NCBI GenBank assembly: GCA_018224345.1
Contig: JAGTUW010000033.1
Span: forward strand, 1-36,752
DNA length: 36,752 nt
Direction of reading: 5' to 3'
DNA from: Bacteroidota bacterium
GTDB lineage: Bacteria > Bacteroidota > Ignavibacteria > SZUA-365
Shown: piece after piece, positions 36,346 through 36,752 of the stretch
Layout of the letters: the number at the start of each line of letters is the position of its first letter
Numbering within the stretch: the stretch's first letter is position 1
Translations under genes and position numbers: made by a program
The notes under the pieces: generated by a model
What the model was told of the DNA's origin: nothing
Seen by the model: the letters and a program-made list of their open reading frames with translations, nothing else
Databases searched by the model: none

Positions 36346-36752
36346 TGCGCATTGCATATTTCGATACTGTTTCAGGTATCAGTGGCGATATGACGCTCGC
36401 CGCCTGCGTGTCCGCCGGCGTTCCCTTCGACACTCTCGAGCGCGAACTCCGTAAACTCCCCCTCGATGGCTACCGGTTGACCATGCGCACGGTCACGAGA
36501 TCGATGATCAGTGCCGTCAAAATCGATGTGATACTTGATTCACAGCAGGCAGAGCGCAAGCAGCACACAAAAGATCCGCATATCCCGGATGTCGGTGAGC
36601 AGGACGAACATACACACACGCACAAAGGGCACACGCACGAGGGGCACACGCACGAGGGGCACACGCACGAGGGGCACACGCACGAGGGGCACACGCACGA
36701 GGGGCACACGCACGAGGGGCACACGCACGAGGGGCACACGCACGAGGGGCAC
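36345..36752 (+). CDS. larC: Nickel-pincer cofactor biosynthesis protein LarC (nickel insertase), 5' part; runs off the window
   Basis: Absent from the ORF track because there is no stop in the window. TGATG overlap with the pyrF stop. Translates MRIAYFDTVSGISGDMTLAACVSAGVP...LRKLPLDGYRL...V.RSMISAVKIDV followed by a His-rich tract, which is the typical LarC N-terminus. Confidence 0.92.
   Translation, partial: MRIAYFDTVSGISGDMTLAACVSAGVPFDTLERELRKLPLDGYRLTMRTVTRSMISAVKIDVILDSQQAERKQHTKDPHIPDVGEQDEHTHTHKGHTHEGHTHEGHTHEGHTHEGHTHEGHTHEGHTHEGHTHEGH
36627..36752 (+). repeat. Perfect 15-bp coding tandem repeat GGGCACACGCACGAG (GHTHE), at least 8.4 copies
   Basis: In frame with larC and continues to the last base of the window. 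Confidence 0.95.

Noticed and set aside
36470-36752. Minus-strand (CPSCV)n 'metallothionein-like' and (VPLVR)n ORFs
   Set aside because: They are the reverse complement of the larC GHTHE repeat. The plus frame has a clear LarC N-terminus.

Overview
Gene-dense, moderately GC-rich bacterial chromosomal segment, probably from a non-Bacteroidia member of the FCB group. That placement is inferred from a T9SS/FlgD-like C-terminal domain, a Bacteroidota-type pyrF and canonical sigma70-like -35/-10 boxes. Most of the window is housekeeping: tdk, punA, mscS, sodB, purF, a CDP-alcohol phosphatidyltransferase, ftsY, mutL, icmF, mfd, pyrF and a 5'-partial larC that the ORF track missed. Accessory genes include a TPR-PAS hybrid histidine kinase, a Tat-exported DUF362 protein followed by a NapH+NapG-like polyferredoxin with an internal twin-arginine motif, an APC permease fused to PTS-EIIA and TrkA-C domains, a 1452-aa S8 protease with an FG-GAP propeller, and two glycoside-hydrolase-like proteins that seem to lack catalytic residues. 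Non-coding signals are a perfect 21-bp tandem array upstream of tdk, a structured ~200-nt region after sodB, an A-tract/long-hairpin element upstream of the purF operon, and a (GHTHE)n repeat in larC that runs off the window end. The best candidate for an undescribed system is the DUF362 + polyferredoxin pair, read as a periplasmic nickel-pincer (NPN)-dependent dehydrogenase wired to the membrane: its His/Lys/His spacing resembles LarA and larC is in the same window. No rRNA, tRNA, CRISPR array or transposase was seen. All family calls are from motif recognition by eye, not database searches.
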